64,000 nucleotides of DNA, taken from the NCBI RefSeq assembly GCF_026571515.1, contig NW_026860885.1, positions 1-64,000 of the forward strand. Direction: 5' to 3'. Every line of letters begins with the position of its first letter. The stretch's first letter is position 1. Origin of the DNA: Ruditapes philippinarum. Lineage: Eukaryota. The notes below the pieces were generated by a model. That model worked only from the letters and a program-made list of their open reading frames with translations. It ran no database searches and was not told the origin of the DNA. A program made the translations under genes and the position numbers. Below, piece after piece: positions 40,601 to 55,600 of this stretch.

Positions 40601-43600
40601 ATACCCAAACGGTAGATCCTGGAAGGATATCGCCAGAACTATATAGGCGGTTGATTTAGTCATATAAACTACAATTGTATTTTAAATGGGGATTTATTTT
40701 GAAGTTGATAATAAATGAACTTTATGTTAAGATGGTTTGGCTTTTGGCTATACACTGTAGCTAGGCTAGTGTTATTCATATCAATTTGCATTCAAACGCT
40801 TGTACTTTTTCGTTTTTTCCATGAGCAGAGCTTATCATTCTTTTCCACATGTTCCACTCATGTTATGATTTTGATAAATCTGTTTATTGCCTTTAATTAG
40901 CCAGTTTCCAGTCAAAATTCACAATTGAAGATGTTGTTGGAAAGATCGAAATTTGTTCTGTACGGGAACCACCAGAGATTTACAAATCAAAAGGTTCAAT
41001 GATCCATATTTATTCTTGGGTTGACCCATCCGAGAATGAAATAAGAGGATTTCGAATACAGTATAAATTTTCAGACCATTCTCTTCAAAGATATACGTCT
41101 GAGATAAAAGGAGTTGAATCATCCGGTATGTTCAACGATAAACATGTATTTAAGTATAAAGCGATATTTAAAACCCTATAAAACAAAATATTGTTAATCT
41201 GTAATTAAAAATTGTATATAAACGGACATTGAATAGGGAAGACTAAGAATTAAAAGATTATTAAAATGATAAACGCGCGCAAAATCTTACGTTTGTTTAA
41301 ATAGTGAAATGTAAAGTTTGTTAATGTATATTTTCGTCCAATAACTATGGATATTTGTGAAGAATCGCAGAAGAAGTACTTATGAATAGAATAGCGGGTT
41401 AAAATTTCTAAACAAACTGTCAAACATATTTTTGAATTTAAGTTTGTTCGAGACTTTTCCGGAAATGCTACACTGTGTTATCTGAAGAGGTATCATGGAA
41501 TATTGCAAACACTACATGTCGTAAGCGCAACGAGTATCTTGTGACTATATTATCAAAAAAGGAAATGAATTACGTCCAGTACTTACTTCGTAGTGCATTA
41601 TACCAGCAAATGGAGACGTCAGAAGATGGAGCTGATAAACGAAATGTTCATACAGCACATATTGGTAACATGTCTTTGTTATTTCTTTCTTGGTTACCAA
41701 AACAACGTCTAAGTTTATATCTCTAGCTCTTGTGACACCCTCATTGTCCTTTCCGTTCATTATAGATGTGTCCTTGTGGGCGAGACATATATTTAAGGCG
41801 TGCCACTGTTAAAGTTAAGTCAAATCAGGTTAATAATTGCAATAAATATCCATTTTTATATATAATTATGTGTATATTTTATCATTTTTATTTCATATGT
41901 GTCCATTTTAAGTGCCCCAATTGACTTTATATGGTTTTCAAATGTCATGCTTTTAGGCTTAAGGACCTAAGTGAATTCCTTTGAAAGGTTGTCATGTCAC
42001 TACATATATTTATTCAGACAACAACACTAATTCGGTATGAACATTCACATATATTCATATATTTTGAAAAGTAAGCTGCTTTCTTTTTTATTAAACTATA
42101 TATCTTGTCATCACAATTCGCCAGATATAATACTTAACTCTGATTGATCAACGTTACCGACTAAATTCACACCTTGATAAATGAAATTCTTAGACTTACA
42201 TGATTACTACAAAATAAACGTGCAACACAAAATTAACTAAAAAGCGAGTAAATCGTGTCTATGTTTATATACATTTATTTAACCGATGACGATAGAGATG
42301 ATTAAGCACTAATAGATACTGTTTAGCTTTATTGTAATGTCTCAATTTTTTTTAGCATTTAACAGCTATAAAGTACTTATTATTTGTTGGAAATATAGAA
42401 TTGTATTATTATTCTAAATATAATATATTTTTGTGCAGGCAAAAATGTTCAGTTTTACACTGTTCCCCTATTTAGTCAATCTTTTCATAAAATCAGACAC
42501 CTTGTTCTTGAAATATATTTTGCATGTCTAATATATCACAAATTGTTAAATACACGAACTTATGTTTAAAAATGGTATCATTTGTAAATTGTCTGTTGTT
42601 TCATTATATGTAACCTAGACTAAAAAAGAAATATTGCATTGTATTGCAAATTAATTGATCATTACGACACCCTCGAAAAGAGGTAACAGTTGAAAATAGG
42701 TAATGTGAGGATACAGTCTTTGTAATATATTATCATGTAAGTCACTTATGTTAGTAATGCCTGTTTCAAAATGTTTTTGAACGTATATCCACATCTTTCA
42801 ATAGAACAATTTATTAGAATATTATTTCAATTCATTAGTACAAAGGATAGGAGTAACAGAGATCAATGATTTTCGTTTGCATGGATTAGATAAGAGAAAA
42901 CAAGAAACGAATACATTAGTTTCAAATTGCAAAAAAATAATTAAATATGACTCGAGATGCTACAAACAAAATATTGATCTCGTGTTCGGAGATAGAAATA
43001 TCAACATATATATATTAGTGTTGCCTCTGTATAACTGTTTTGATTCCTTAAGGTTTGAAGCGTTTAAAGGACAAACAGAGAAGGACAGAATTTATCTGGA
43101 TGAATAGCTTCAATGTTACATACAGTGCTTGGTAATGTATCATTGTCATAGTTAAAAGTATAGAATATCTAAAAATGTAGATGCTCAATACAACAAAATG
43201 TAATTACCGACAGTGAATGTTTCCGATTACTCGCTATCGAGCTAACTTGAAACGTGAATTTGTTTAAAAATATCTTTTGCCTCAGAATTACATTATCTTT
43301 TTATGCGTTAGAAATGCCAAACCTGTGTTAGATAATGTTTATATAATTTAGTAAGGAAACCTGTTAAAGAAAGTAGCGTTAAACATGCAATAATGTGACA
43401 TAAAGATAGCAAAATGTAAACAAGGTAGCAAATTGACTCCCATACAAAACACTAATTCATCATAAGCCATTTTCGAACAGAAAATTTCCAAAAGAATGCA
43501 AAATTGTTCATCTATATGGAAAATATGTACTTTATGGACACTGTACCAGGATACAGAAATTAAACAGTTTTTGACAATTTAAATTATAGCATTTCCGAGG

Positions 43601-46600
43601 CATGATTGGCCTTTAAAGTAATATTTTGATATCAGTTAACTTCTCTAGAAATGAAACATTATATTACTTACTTAAAGGGGTAAATGATATAAATCTAGTT
43701 TAAGTTAGTAATTGATAAAATATCAGTATGAATACAGTTGCAAATAATAGTAACTTAATTGAAATAATAATGTTTGTAAATTTAGTTGTTATACATTCGT
43801 TAAACTACCAATGAAGCAGTTTTATATTTAGGAAGGGAACGGTCTATTTTATTAATGTGTCCATGATTTTTAAAACTATGCATACATTTTCAGATACAGT
43901 CAAGGAGAAAAGAACTTAATTAAACAGTGGTTGAAAGTGTTATTGTCTTCGTAAAAGCTTTTCACCAACTTGACACACTTTTGTTTATCACGAAATAGCA
44001 AAAACCCCACATATAACGTAAAACCATTCTTCACTTTGTGTGTTGTATATTTTGTGGTGCTGTTTATGCCTTTTGTTAAACATAATTAAAGATGTTACGG
44101 AATCTGTGAACAAAACGGGACAACCCTTTAAATTTGGATTGTACTCGCATGTCATTTGAGTACTTTAACACCGAGGAACTTTGGGAGACCGAAGATTGTT
44201 ATAATAATGTCGATTTTTTTGTATGTGAGAAACCCTATCCAGTGGACGGTATAAACACAAAGCTTTTTTTTTTATTTATTTGTATTTATCAACATTTATT
44301 ATAACACACAATTAAGTCGTAAGGAAAATACTGCAATAAGTTTCTCTGTCTGTCAGTCCGTCTGCCCTTCAAAGTTTGTTTGTCCGAAACATACGTTTTC
44401 TACATAACTTTTCAATTTTATATAACTGTTTGATACAAATATAAGCTTCGCTGTAACAAAACGATCTTTAATGTCCATGAAGAGACTCGATCAAACCGAG
44501 CCCGAATTATTGTCGGTTTTGCCGTTTTAGACGTTATTTAGGGCTAACTATAGTTTTTCTCTATTTACATTCAGTACTATCATGCAAAAAATAGTAATAC
44601 TTGTATCATCCTTTAATATTATTACTTTTTTCTGAACACAAGGCACAGAAACAATTATATATCTTTGTACTGTTTACTGAATACTATATAAAATGCTTTC
44701 TAGCCGATATCAAGGAAGAAAAGTGTAAAAGTCTACCTAAAAAGGAAGACCACAATGCTTTACCATACTCCGGGAGATCTTGTCAAAATTGGCAAAACCT
44801 ATCTAACAATGCTAAAAATGATTTTGACAAGATGTTTTCCTCCATACGTATCTCGTTAGAAAATTCCAATGTGTGCGAGAATTTTGGGCAGGGTATTTCA
44901 TGGTGCTATGTTAATGATCCTGGCGAATTTATACGGGAACCATGCTTTTTGCATCGTAAGTTGTTAATTAAACATATGAAAAAAGAAATTGAGATTCAAG
45001 AAAAATATGTATTTGTTTTGACGAAATGTGCATTATCTTTAACAAGATGTCATTTCGTTTCAACGAATTATAATACTCGTATATATAGCAACAAAAAAAT
45101 GTTTTAATGTAATGTTAGGAAATATGAAATTATATAACATTATTAAGTTATTTCAATTTTATCGACGACCATCTAAAATCCCTTAAATATTATTCAAAAC
45201 GACTTCTGTGCATACAAGATAACTACATGTTTTTTCTGTTTTCCACGTACCTTTAAATAGAAAGCAAATTCGATTCAGACAATGACAAAAAACCTGTGTT
45301 TTGGAAGAGAATGCCTGAAGTAAATTGCTCTGACGGATCTTCAATACCTTTAATAAATTGGTGTGATAGAAATTTTGACTGTTTAGACTATTCGGATGAA
45401 TTGTCATGCCAGAATAATATCAAAGGTTTGTACATATTTTGTTTTATGTAAAATAGTTATATTGTTCTTAACAGGGTGTTAATCAGTTTTTGAAGTGGCA
45501 ATGTCTTTTTAAAGATTCGTATGCGGAAACCCTTAGTGATAAATAAGTTTCTACCGTTTACATCATGGTCAGATTCAATGATTTCATACATTCGTTTGTA
45601 ATTTATTTAAGTGTGATCACAATTGTTTTAGCGATCGATATGATACTGATAAATCCTTGCTTTGACCTTTGATTTGAATAACAATAAATTTAACCACAAA
45701 CATTAACATGTGCTTTCTTGTTAAAGTGACATTATGTCCAGCCAAGGGTAAGTAGTGAGTGAACAGGTGAATATCAAAATAAGTTTTCATTTTGCCATAA
45801 TTATTTTAAAAATTTAATAATTTACTTCATATAAACAATGAATGATGAACCTATAAATAAAATTTCTGTAAATGTCTATTAGAATTTACCTATAATGCCA
45901 AGTTTATATAAAGAGTGGGACAGTCTTTCTATATTTTAGGCAGATTTATATTTTTTTTTTTAATTTGGAATCTACTTTGTACTTAGATCACAATCTCGTG
46001 AATACCATGACGAACTCTAATTTAACTCAACGTCTAAAAAACGGGACATACTTTACCTGTAAAAATAGCAGAGAGCAGATATCGCTTTTAGCAAATTGTG
46101 ATGACGTCATCGATTGTCTTGATGCTTCCGACGAATCCGGTTGTTTGCATAGCAATATAGGTATTTTGTCTTGTTAACTGAAACTTGAAATCTACTACTC
46201 ATTTTTTATATATATATTTTTTTTTTTTGAATTTCGAAAAGTTGTTCTCATTTAACATTTTCTAATGTGTTTAAATACAATGTACAAGTAAATATCTTCA
46301 ATAAGCATATTTTTGCTGTGTTGGTTGTGTTGATAAGTATATTAAGTACATTTTGTATATCTGTATATTTGTTTAGGAAGTTATTTAAACATAATTAAAT
46401 AATGATTTCGTTAATCATAAGAAAGCATGTAAGCATGTACATTTTGTTACTTTGTTTCACTGTGTCGTGATAACCGTGTCCTTATGAAAGACATACTTGG
46501 TTCATATTTAATGTATTTTAACATAAACTTGTACAATATGAGTATAGAATGTGATGAAAACGAATTCTCGTGTGATGGCGGACATTGTATACAATTAAGT

Positions 46601-49600
46601 CAAGTTTGTGACTTGATATCCGACTGCGCGGACGGAACAGATGAATTTTGTGGTAAGATAATAAATATAATAGATCCTCAATTCCCCTCATGTTGACCGA
46701 TCTTTATTAGGTGTTCAGTATCATCCATGTTGACCGATCTTTTATAGATATTCTGTTTCTTCTATGTTGATCTATATTTAACAGATATTCAGTTTCCTTC
46801 ATGTTGACCAATTTTTAATACATATTCACTTTCCTCTTTATTTTCAGATCTTTAATAGATATTCCGTTTCCACCATGTTTACCAATATTTAATAGATGTT
46901 AAGTTTCGACCGATTGACAAATCTTTAATAGATATGAAGTTTCCTCCATCTTTTCCTATATGTTGACCGATCTTTAATATATACCAAGTTTCGTCCGTGT
47001 TGACCAATCTTTAATATGTATTCAGTTTCATCCGTATTGACCGACTCTTAATAGATATTAAATTTCCTCCATTTTGACCGATCTTTAATAGATATTCAGT
47101 TTCCTCCATTGCGACCGATCTTTAATAGATATTCAGTTTCCCCCATGTTGACCAATCTTAAAAAGATATTCAGTTTCCTCTTTGTTGGCCGATCTTCTAT
47201 AGATATTCAGTTTCGTCCATGATTAAAGATCTTCAATTTCTTCAATGTTGACCATTTTAATCGATATTCAGTTTCCTCCGTGTTGACAGATCTTTGATAG
47301 ATATTAAGCTACACCCATCGTGTTGACAGAACTTACCTCCATTTTGACCGATCTTTAATAGGTAATTCAGTTTCGTCTTCGATCTTTAATTGATATTCCT
47401 CCATGTTGACCGATCTTAGTAAATAATCAGTTTCTTTCATGTTGACCGATCATTAATAGATGTTCATATTTCTTCATTTTGACGGATCCTTAATAGATGT
47501 TCAGTTTCCTTCGTGTGACCGATCTTCGTTGATATATCATTTTTTGCCTAATTTGATATTAGTAAACGTGTGACTAATCTACTCATGATAACAGATCTTT
47601 ATAAGATATTCAGTTTCCTCTACGTTGACCGATCTTAAATAAATACTAAGTTTCGTCCGTGTTGACCGATCTTTAATGGATATCTAGATTGAATTTTTAC
47701 ATTGTGTTTACAGATCTTCGAAAGATATTCAGTTTCCACTTTGTTGACCGATCTTTAATTCCTCCGTGTTGACCGATGATGTATTTTCATTATTCGCCAT
47801 GTTGACTGATCTTTAATACCTATTCAGTTTTCTCAGTTTTGACCGATCGATAATAGATAATCAATTTCCTCTGTGTTGACCGAGCTTTGATATTTCAATT
47901 TTTTACTATTAATCATCTATACTCTATAACGAAAGAAGGCCTTGGACGCCTCAAGCTGGCACTTGCTCAAACTCCTGTCGAGATTCCCTCAACTAGTGGG
48001 AAAGCCAACTAACACAATATAATCCAAAGTCTATGAAGGGATTTGGACCATTATTAGCGGTTTATATACTTTTAACGAATAGATAGTGAGGACAGGTTTT
48101 TATATTTAAAAAATAAACACGATTCACCTAGAGTGATTTGCCGACATTTTATTTTCATCAAACATAGTTACTGTGAGGGCAGTTAATTCACAGCGTTATT
48201 TCTACGTCACGAAACTATTCAAATTACGAAAAATGAATGTCAAAACATATATTTGATTATCAAGCTTAGGGATAAAAAATTATCTAGGGACGATAGAGTT
48301 TGTCAGACAAATAGTCAAGTTATTACCATATTTGGACTTTGACTTGATGTTCAATATACTAGGCAATTTTATTCGTCAAACTTCTCAGTTAAGCACATAA
48401 TTCAAACCTAATGAAACCATTTACGATCGATCATTTTAGATTTCCAAGCGTGCAAAGTAAATGAGTTTACTTGTGAAAATAAGCAGTGTATTTCTGAAGA
48501 GAAGAGATGCAATGCTGTATCCGACTGTTTCGATTATAGTGATGAAATAAATTGTGGTTTGTATAATTAAGATATTGCATTATATAATAAATCAAGTTCA
48601 GAAATGAGAGACATGTCTAAGCACCTTCGCTTCTATGGTCTCAGGATAAGTCAACAAAATCGGGTTCTTTGCTAGATATATTTATTCAGTCTAATATAAA
48701 ATATACATGTAAACATGGACATGAAAAAAGATAGGCATCATAAATATATTACAAACAATATCATTTTACATAAAATTAATATTAAACAAATCAATTTTAA
48801 ATAAGAATTGACTTATTTAAATATGGTCATGTGCTGGAGATCTCGGCAAGCCTCGTTACTGCCCAATGGGCGGATCCCCTCGGCACGGATATTCTAATCC
48901 GAATTGCAACAAATGCTAGATATCATAATGTCGTTTTTATCTATACAAATCAAGACTCCTGTAAACACTCATTTCTCTGTGCTGATGATTACAAATGTAT
49001 CCCTCTACGACTGACATGTGATCGCTACCCTGATTGTAAAGATGCGAGTGATGAACGACATTGTCATGTTAATCCCCCAACTTCAAATGTCTTCACTGGT
49101 AATGACTATCTATGGTCTTTGCACACTTTTACAGGTAAGCGACATTTTTATACAATATAGTTATAAAAGTGGATTTTTATCTGTATATTGAAACTTCATG
49201 ATGCAAGTCTATTATTTGTTTTGTTGTTTGTTTGTTGTTTTTTTTTTTTTTTTTTTTTTTTTGTTTGTTTTATTTTTAATTGATTTTTTTTTTTTCGTAT
49301 ACTGTAACGCAACTGGGAGTTGACAAGACACAACGGATAGGGACCAAGTTAAGACCAATATCAAAATTTAAATTTCATTTTTGTCAATATTCCTTCTCTT
49401 TTAATTCAATAAATTTAACATTCAATACTTACTGGAAAGAAGACTGATCAAAAGACACATTTACTAAAAAAAAATGCTATGACCGTTAAAAATGTGTCAA
49501 GATATCTGAAGTTGGCCCTATCTTTGTTAATTATATTATTACACTTTATATTTATTTATATTGATTAATAATTGTTAATCGGCGGTATGTAACATTTTGT

Positions 49601-52600
49601 TCATAGACGAGATTATAGCATGTTATGATCAATGTGAAATTTACAAAGCAATGCAAAATAAACGGGATAACTTGATAGTGAAGCCTGAAACAGTCTTTGA
49701 GACATTTTAGTTAAAAGAAAGTATAGCAAAATGTTTCATCTTGTTCTTTTGTTGTTTTTCTTTTAAAGACTATTTTCATTGAGTGATGCTACATGTTTTG
49801 GGCGTGGTAATTCAGTGCGGTTTATTTAAACAGTATAACTTTTTAGAAGAATAAAAAACGACCCCTAGTTGAAAATATATGTCTAACATACAATGTTTTG
49901 TTAGGGTTGTGTTATTGGAACTGGGATTTCTGGGGGAATTCATCGAAAGAAAGCATATCTGGATGCACGTCTTTTGCAAAACACGAAGTGTTTAATCCGC
50001 AACGAGAAGTCATCATTGATTATAGCATTTATTATTCTTGTTTTACTCAGGTAAGGTCTGCTTTTAACATATAAATGTATGTGCATAATTTTATCACACG
50101 ATGCATTGTTAAGGGAAATGTTTGAACAATTGCTAAAAAAAAAAATTTCTTTTTCTTGTTCTTTTTAACTTCTATTGATCTGAAAAAAACATGGCTATCT
50201 TTTCCAGAAAACGTATCTAGTCTTAATATTGAGCCTCATCTTTAAAAGCATTTATGAAAATTAGTTTTAAAAGTATTAAGGCCGTTCGTTGCATATAAGT
50301 AAGTAGTTTATGGTCTGCGGGCAATGATTGTCATCAAAATCAATACCTCAGTACATCCAAATAAATATGCCTAAATTAACGGTAATCCGTCCACCTCGTC
50401 ACGTTGGAAATCCAAGTGGTGCACTTTAACGAGCACTTTATTCGCTATTTCTATTCAACGAGATATCCTTAATATTGAATGTTTTTTTTACTAACTAGTT
50501 TCACACATATCTGTCGGGGACCTTCGAGCAATGTATTGATGAGTTTCAAAATCCTTAAGCCGATAAATGTATATAATAAAAGTTTGAAAATTCATCCGAA
50601 CTTTAAGAGATTTCCAAAATCAATGAATTACTAACAGTATAAAAATCTGGAAACAAAGTGATCCCTCGGAAGCATTAATCACAACAAAATTACAAGAGAA
50701 TTGCAGACTCGGTTCTATTGAGTCTGTACATGAGGGATAATGAATAGGTGCAACATCCCTCACGCCCCTTAGCACCGACTTGAGCGGTACTCAATTCTCA
50801 ACACTTAATAGTGCTGGCATCAATGATCCCGAAGGACCAGAAAAATATAACAACACTGAAGTGAAGTACGGGGCAACTTTTTACAGCTGCCACACAGCAC
50901 TTGACACCTGCTGTTGTGAAGTATAAAAATCTGGAAACAAAGTGATCCCTCGGAAGCATTAATCACAACAAAATTACAAGAGAATTGCAGACTCGGTTTG
51001 ATTGAGTCTGTACATGAGGGATAATGAATAGGTGCAACATCCCTCACGCCCCCTAGCACCGGCTTGAGCGGTACTCAATTCTCAACACTTAATAGTGCTG
51101 GCATCAATGATCCCGAAGGACCAGAAAAATATAACAACACTGAAGTGAAGTACGGGGCAACTTTTTACAGCTGCCACACAGCACTTGACACCTGCTGTTG
51201 TGAAGTATAAAAATCTGGAAACAGACTCGGTTTTATTGAGTCTGTACATGAGGGATAATGAATAGGTGCAACATCCCTCACGCCCCCTAGCACCGGCTTG
51301 AGCGGTACTCAATTCTCAACACTTAATAGTGCTGGCATCAATGATCCCGAAGGACCAGAAAAATATAACAACACTGAAGTGAAGTACGGGGCAACTTTTT
51401 ACAGCTGCCACACAGCACTTGACACCTGCTGTTGTGAAGTATAAAAATCTGGAAACAAAGTGATCCCTCGGAAGCATTAATCACAACAAAATTACAAGAG
51501 AATTGCAGACTCGGTTTTATTGAGTCTGTACATGAGGGATAATGAATAAGTGCAACATCCCTCACGCCCCTTAGCACCGGCTTGAGCGGTACTCAATTCT
51601 CAACACTTAATAGTGCTGGCATCAATGATCCCAAAGGACCAGAAAAATATAACAACACTGAAGTGAAGTACGGGGCAACTTTTTTACAGCTGCCACACAG
51701 CACTTGACACCTGCTGTTGTGAAGTATAAAAATATGGAAACAAAGTGATCCCTCGGAAGCATTAATCACAACAAAATTACAAGAGAATTGCAGACTCGGT
51801 TTTATTGAGTCTGTACATGAGGGATAATGAATAGGTGCAACATCCCTCACGCCCCCTAGCACAGGCTTGAGCGGTACTCAATAAATTTAGGTCATACTGT
51901 AATACAGGCTCACCTGGCTCTGTTCTGATGGCTAGAGCTTATCATTTTAGGCTTAGCCAGCAGATAAAACATCATATCCAATAATTACATGTATATAGAT
52001 TAAACCTATATGGGATACATGTCGATCTAATACTGGATTTATTGAACAAGTTGAATGACATTATATAATCTAAATATCAACAAGTTCAATGTAGTAATAA
52101 AGCTACACTCATATAGTGTAATATTATCAAATAGTGCGTTTTACTCTTTGCCTTATGAAGCAAATGACGCCTCGTCAAAATACAGGCATGGCTGTTAAAT
52201 ACAGAGTCCCAAAAACTGCACGGGTATGTGAACTGATCTAAATAATGAATCAAAAGTCAACCCAATAACAAAATTATCTCGTATTTATAAAAGTGTGTGC
52301 CTGTTATTATTTTGAAGTTGTATTGCGCCTAATACGTACATTAAATATAACAATATCAGACCATTATTTATATTTCCTCGATAAAGTGCGTGTTGCAGGA
52401 GAATAATTCTCGCTTCCCACTTCTTCGATATAAACTGTTCTCATAGGAAATAAAATAAATAAGCTATTTAGTTAACTATTGATGATTTATTTTTACCGTA
52501 TATATCAAATGTAAAATTCAAATGACTTACTTTTTGTATAAATAAAATAAGAAAATCGTTGTCAAAATCATTATATATAATATATAGGTATGCAAGTGGA

Positions 52601-55600
52601 TGAAGGTGTTAATTTTTGTTTAGGTACAGATAGAGTGTGGATCCCATTTTCATGATGCAGATCTTGATCTCTTCAATGATTTCGAATATGAGTTTTGTTA
52701 CTGCATACTAGGTACAGTCAGATATAAAGTAGGGTCAATTGTGGGCAGGTATGTGTTAACTATATTTTATTTTACACGAAAACATTAAAAGACAACTAGC
52801 GTTTTAAGTTTTTTCATCAAATATAGATGCAATGTACGTTAATGATGAGAATGGATTTTTGAGCTTTTCAAGCATTATAAGTATGTTTCCAGTGTATTGT
52901 TAACATATATTTTGTAAAATTGTCAGTCAATTGTTAATAAATTATTAGAGTTTACGACATTTGGTAATGCTGTCATTTTCACTTTCAGAGTGGGTTTTTA
53001 TTGTTATGATATTCCCTGTACAAAACAGTATCTTAAACTTGTCTTAAGCTCGCTCGTCTCTTGTAAATAGTTGGTGGCAAAAGAAGTAAACTGTATAATT
53101 TGAAATGTTATCGAAAAATAAATTTTGCTGTTTTCGCGAATAATAGATTTTTGCGAACGTAAATGTACATCTCCAACTTATATCATTTAGATATAGGTCT
53201 AAAATTAAACTGGAAGTGCCAATATGCTAGCACACCTCTTTATCATTAGAGAAATATTAAGTATGATTGTACTATGTATTAATGATCTTAAGACAATTTC
53301 TAATATACTGTAAACTAAAATAAAGTATAGAAAAATCATAAGCCGTATTGCATAAAAAAGAAGAATGTTTGATGTTAACACATTCAAATTTGCAGATATG
53401 ATTTGGTTTCGGTAACAAGATGCGACGGAAGTCAAATGACAGAAATACATGTCGTTGAGGAAAGTATTTATCTTCAATCAGATTCGGGTAATGACGTGTA
53501 TGTTCCCCCGCCAAGTGATTTATTGGACGATACAAATGCACCTGCTTATTGCACTTATGGTAAACTTCCTTTAGAGTTCTCAAATATAATATAGTGGTTT
53601 ACACATAAGGTTTCCCTTTCTGTCGCACTTGCATGTTTGATGTTAGAAGGAAAATATACCTACATTTCAGTTCTTTTTTGAAACGATATTAATCAACCAA
53701 TTTTTCGTTATTAGGCAATGTTCGTGTAAGTTTCATTTAAGATTTACGCTGCTAAAACTCTAGCTGTCTTTTGTAAAATGTTATATGCAGCGTGATTTTA
53801 TATACAAAACATCGTCTTAATGTAGCATTTGAACTGTAGTCGTGTTGTGATAAATTTAGTTGCATGTATAATGCTAAGATAAGTATATGTCAAGGAGAGC
53901 GATGTTCAGAAAACGCAGTACCCAACAATGACGAGCCACACAGGATCATCGTTAAGACACCTTCCAGGTCAACAAACAAAAGGAAGGAGGGCACGTGAGC
54001 AAGACAAGGAAAGGGTGTTTTGTGATTAATATCATATTCTGTTACATACGGCGAAAGCAAAAAAATAACGATTTAAACCGCTTGTGAAGTTTTACAAGAG
54101 AGCTAGGTGTCTTCTATAATTGAGTAATTATAACAGTTTTGTTTATGAAAAGCCATGTATTCCATTGTTATATTTTATTAAAGGGTACAATATGACTGAA
54201 TTTGGTGACTTCTTTCATTGTAAGAGAGATGGAAAAATCATACCAAAGTCGATGAGATGCATTTATGCTGTAGATAATAGCGGGTACATGACAGGATGTA
54301 GATCTGGAGACCATTTACAAAATTGTGGTAATAAAAATATTTATCTGATTATAAGTATGCTATCTGACATAGAAATGAAAACAATCTTAAACTTATTGAA
54401 CAAACACTGTTCTTGCGCTTGATATTATCAGCAACATCTCAATAAATAATTAGACAATGAGCTTTCATAGAAGACAATAGCTGGACAATTATTCTTGAAA
54501 TATTAAAAACAAGTACGTGTTATATAAAGCATAGTCATCGGGTTTATTTAATTTCTTAATTACAAATTATGTTTTCGATAGTTACATTATGATATTATAT
54601 CAATAGTTTTAATAATGTCATGTTACAAAGATAATAATATTATAATCACAATACTATATTTCAGTTATTTAACCCTCCCTCAAACAAAATGGTATGTTGT
54701 ATCATGTTCATGCACTGAGGCTTTCCAAATGGCTAATGAAATGCAGGTTGTGCTACGTTTTTGGTTGTCTGCTTCAGTCTGCATTCTGGGGGAGCCACTA
54801 AGGTTTTCATCCACAGTTAGGCTAAACAGTCGCTATATGACATCAATATGTCACTACTCTGTGACCGTAAATGCATCAAAGTGAACTATCAAAATGTATT
54901 GTTTAAAATTAATTTCTCAAGATTCTAATATAGTATTTGAATTTCAGAAAAAATCAATTGTCCTGAAAATACAGTCAAATGTCCTGGAAGTTATTGTATT
55001 GAGCAAAGATTTCTTTGCGATGGACATACTGAATGTCCTGGAGGAGAAGACGAACAAAATTGCAGTATTTGATTTAAAGCTCTTTTTTCTTTTGTCATTT
55101 CTTATTTTGTTTCGTTTGTTTTGTCACAGGTTTTACAGCATTTCTGTCAGAAATTAGCATTTATTAAAAAGTCTGTATAGGAAGTTTATACGAGAAGTAT
55201 TCATAGTTTTACGTCAGATACCGTATTATACCCGCTTTTGAAAAACGGGTCGTATTATAGTTTCTCCGTGGCGGGCGGGGGGCAGCTTGGTGAGCGGCTT
55301 ACAATTTTTGTCCGGAGCATATATCTTATACACATATATGAATTTTAATGAAACTTCATAGAATTTGTTACAACTATGAAACGCTTTGTCGCTGGTCACT
55401 AGGTTTAAGGTCAAGGTCACACTTAAAGGTCACTGAAAAACGCTTGTCCAGAGCAAAACTTCTACGTGCATAGAGGGATTTCTTTATAACTATTTTGGTC
55501 CCTGCAGCCAAGGTCAATGTCAATGTCACACAGGGTCAAAGTTCAGACAGAAATATAAAAATGTGTATTCGGACCATTTAGTCATCATTTATTGAGGGAT

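Noticed and set aside
46665-47890. CRISPR-like periodicity (37 bp)
   Set aside because: Head-to-tail degenerate units without unique spacers, no cas genes, and a eukaryotic intron context.
50277-50558. TTAA-flanked Kolobok-like MITE
   Set aside because: The ends do not form a convincing inverted repeat.
50820-51862. Four similar 76-89-aa minus-strand ORFs
   Set aside because: Produced by the 284-bp tandem repeat; they have alternative starts and no protein motif.
50636-51881. Hammerhead or HDV-like ribozyme in the 284-bp unit
   Set aside because: No CUGANGA...GAAA core seen on either strand, and the HDV-type P3 pairing does not close. Kept only as a lead for an Infernal scan.
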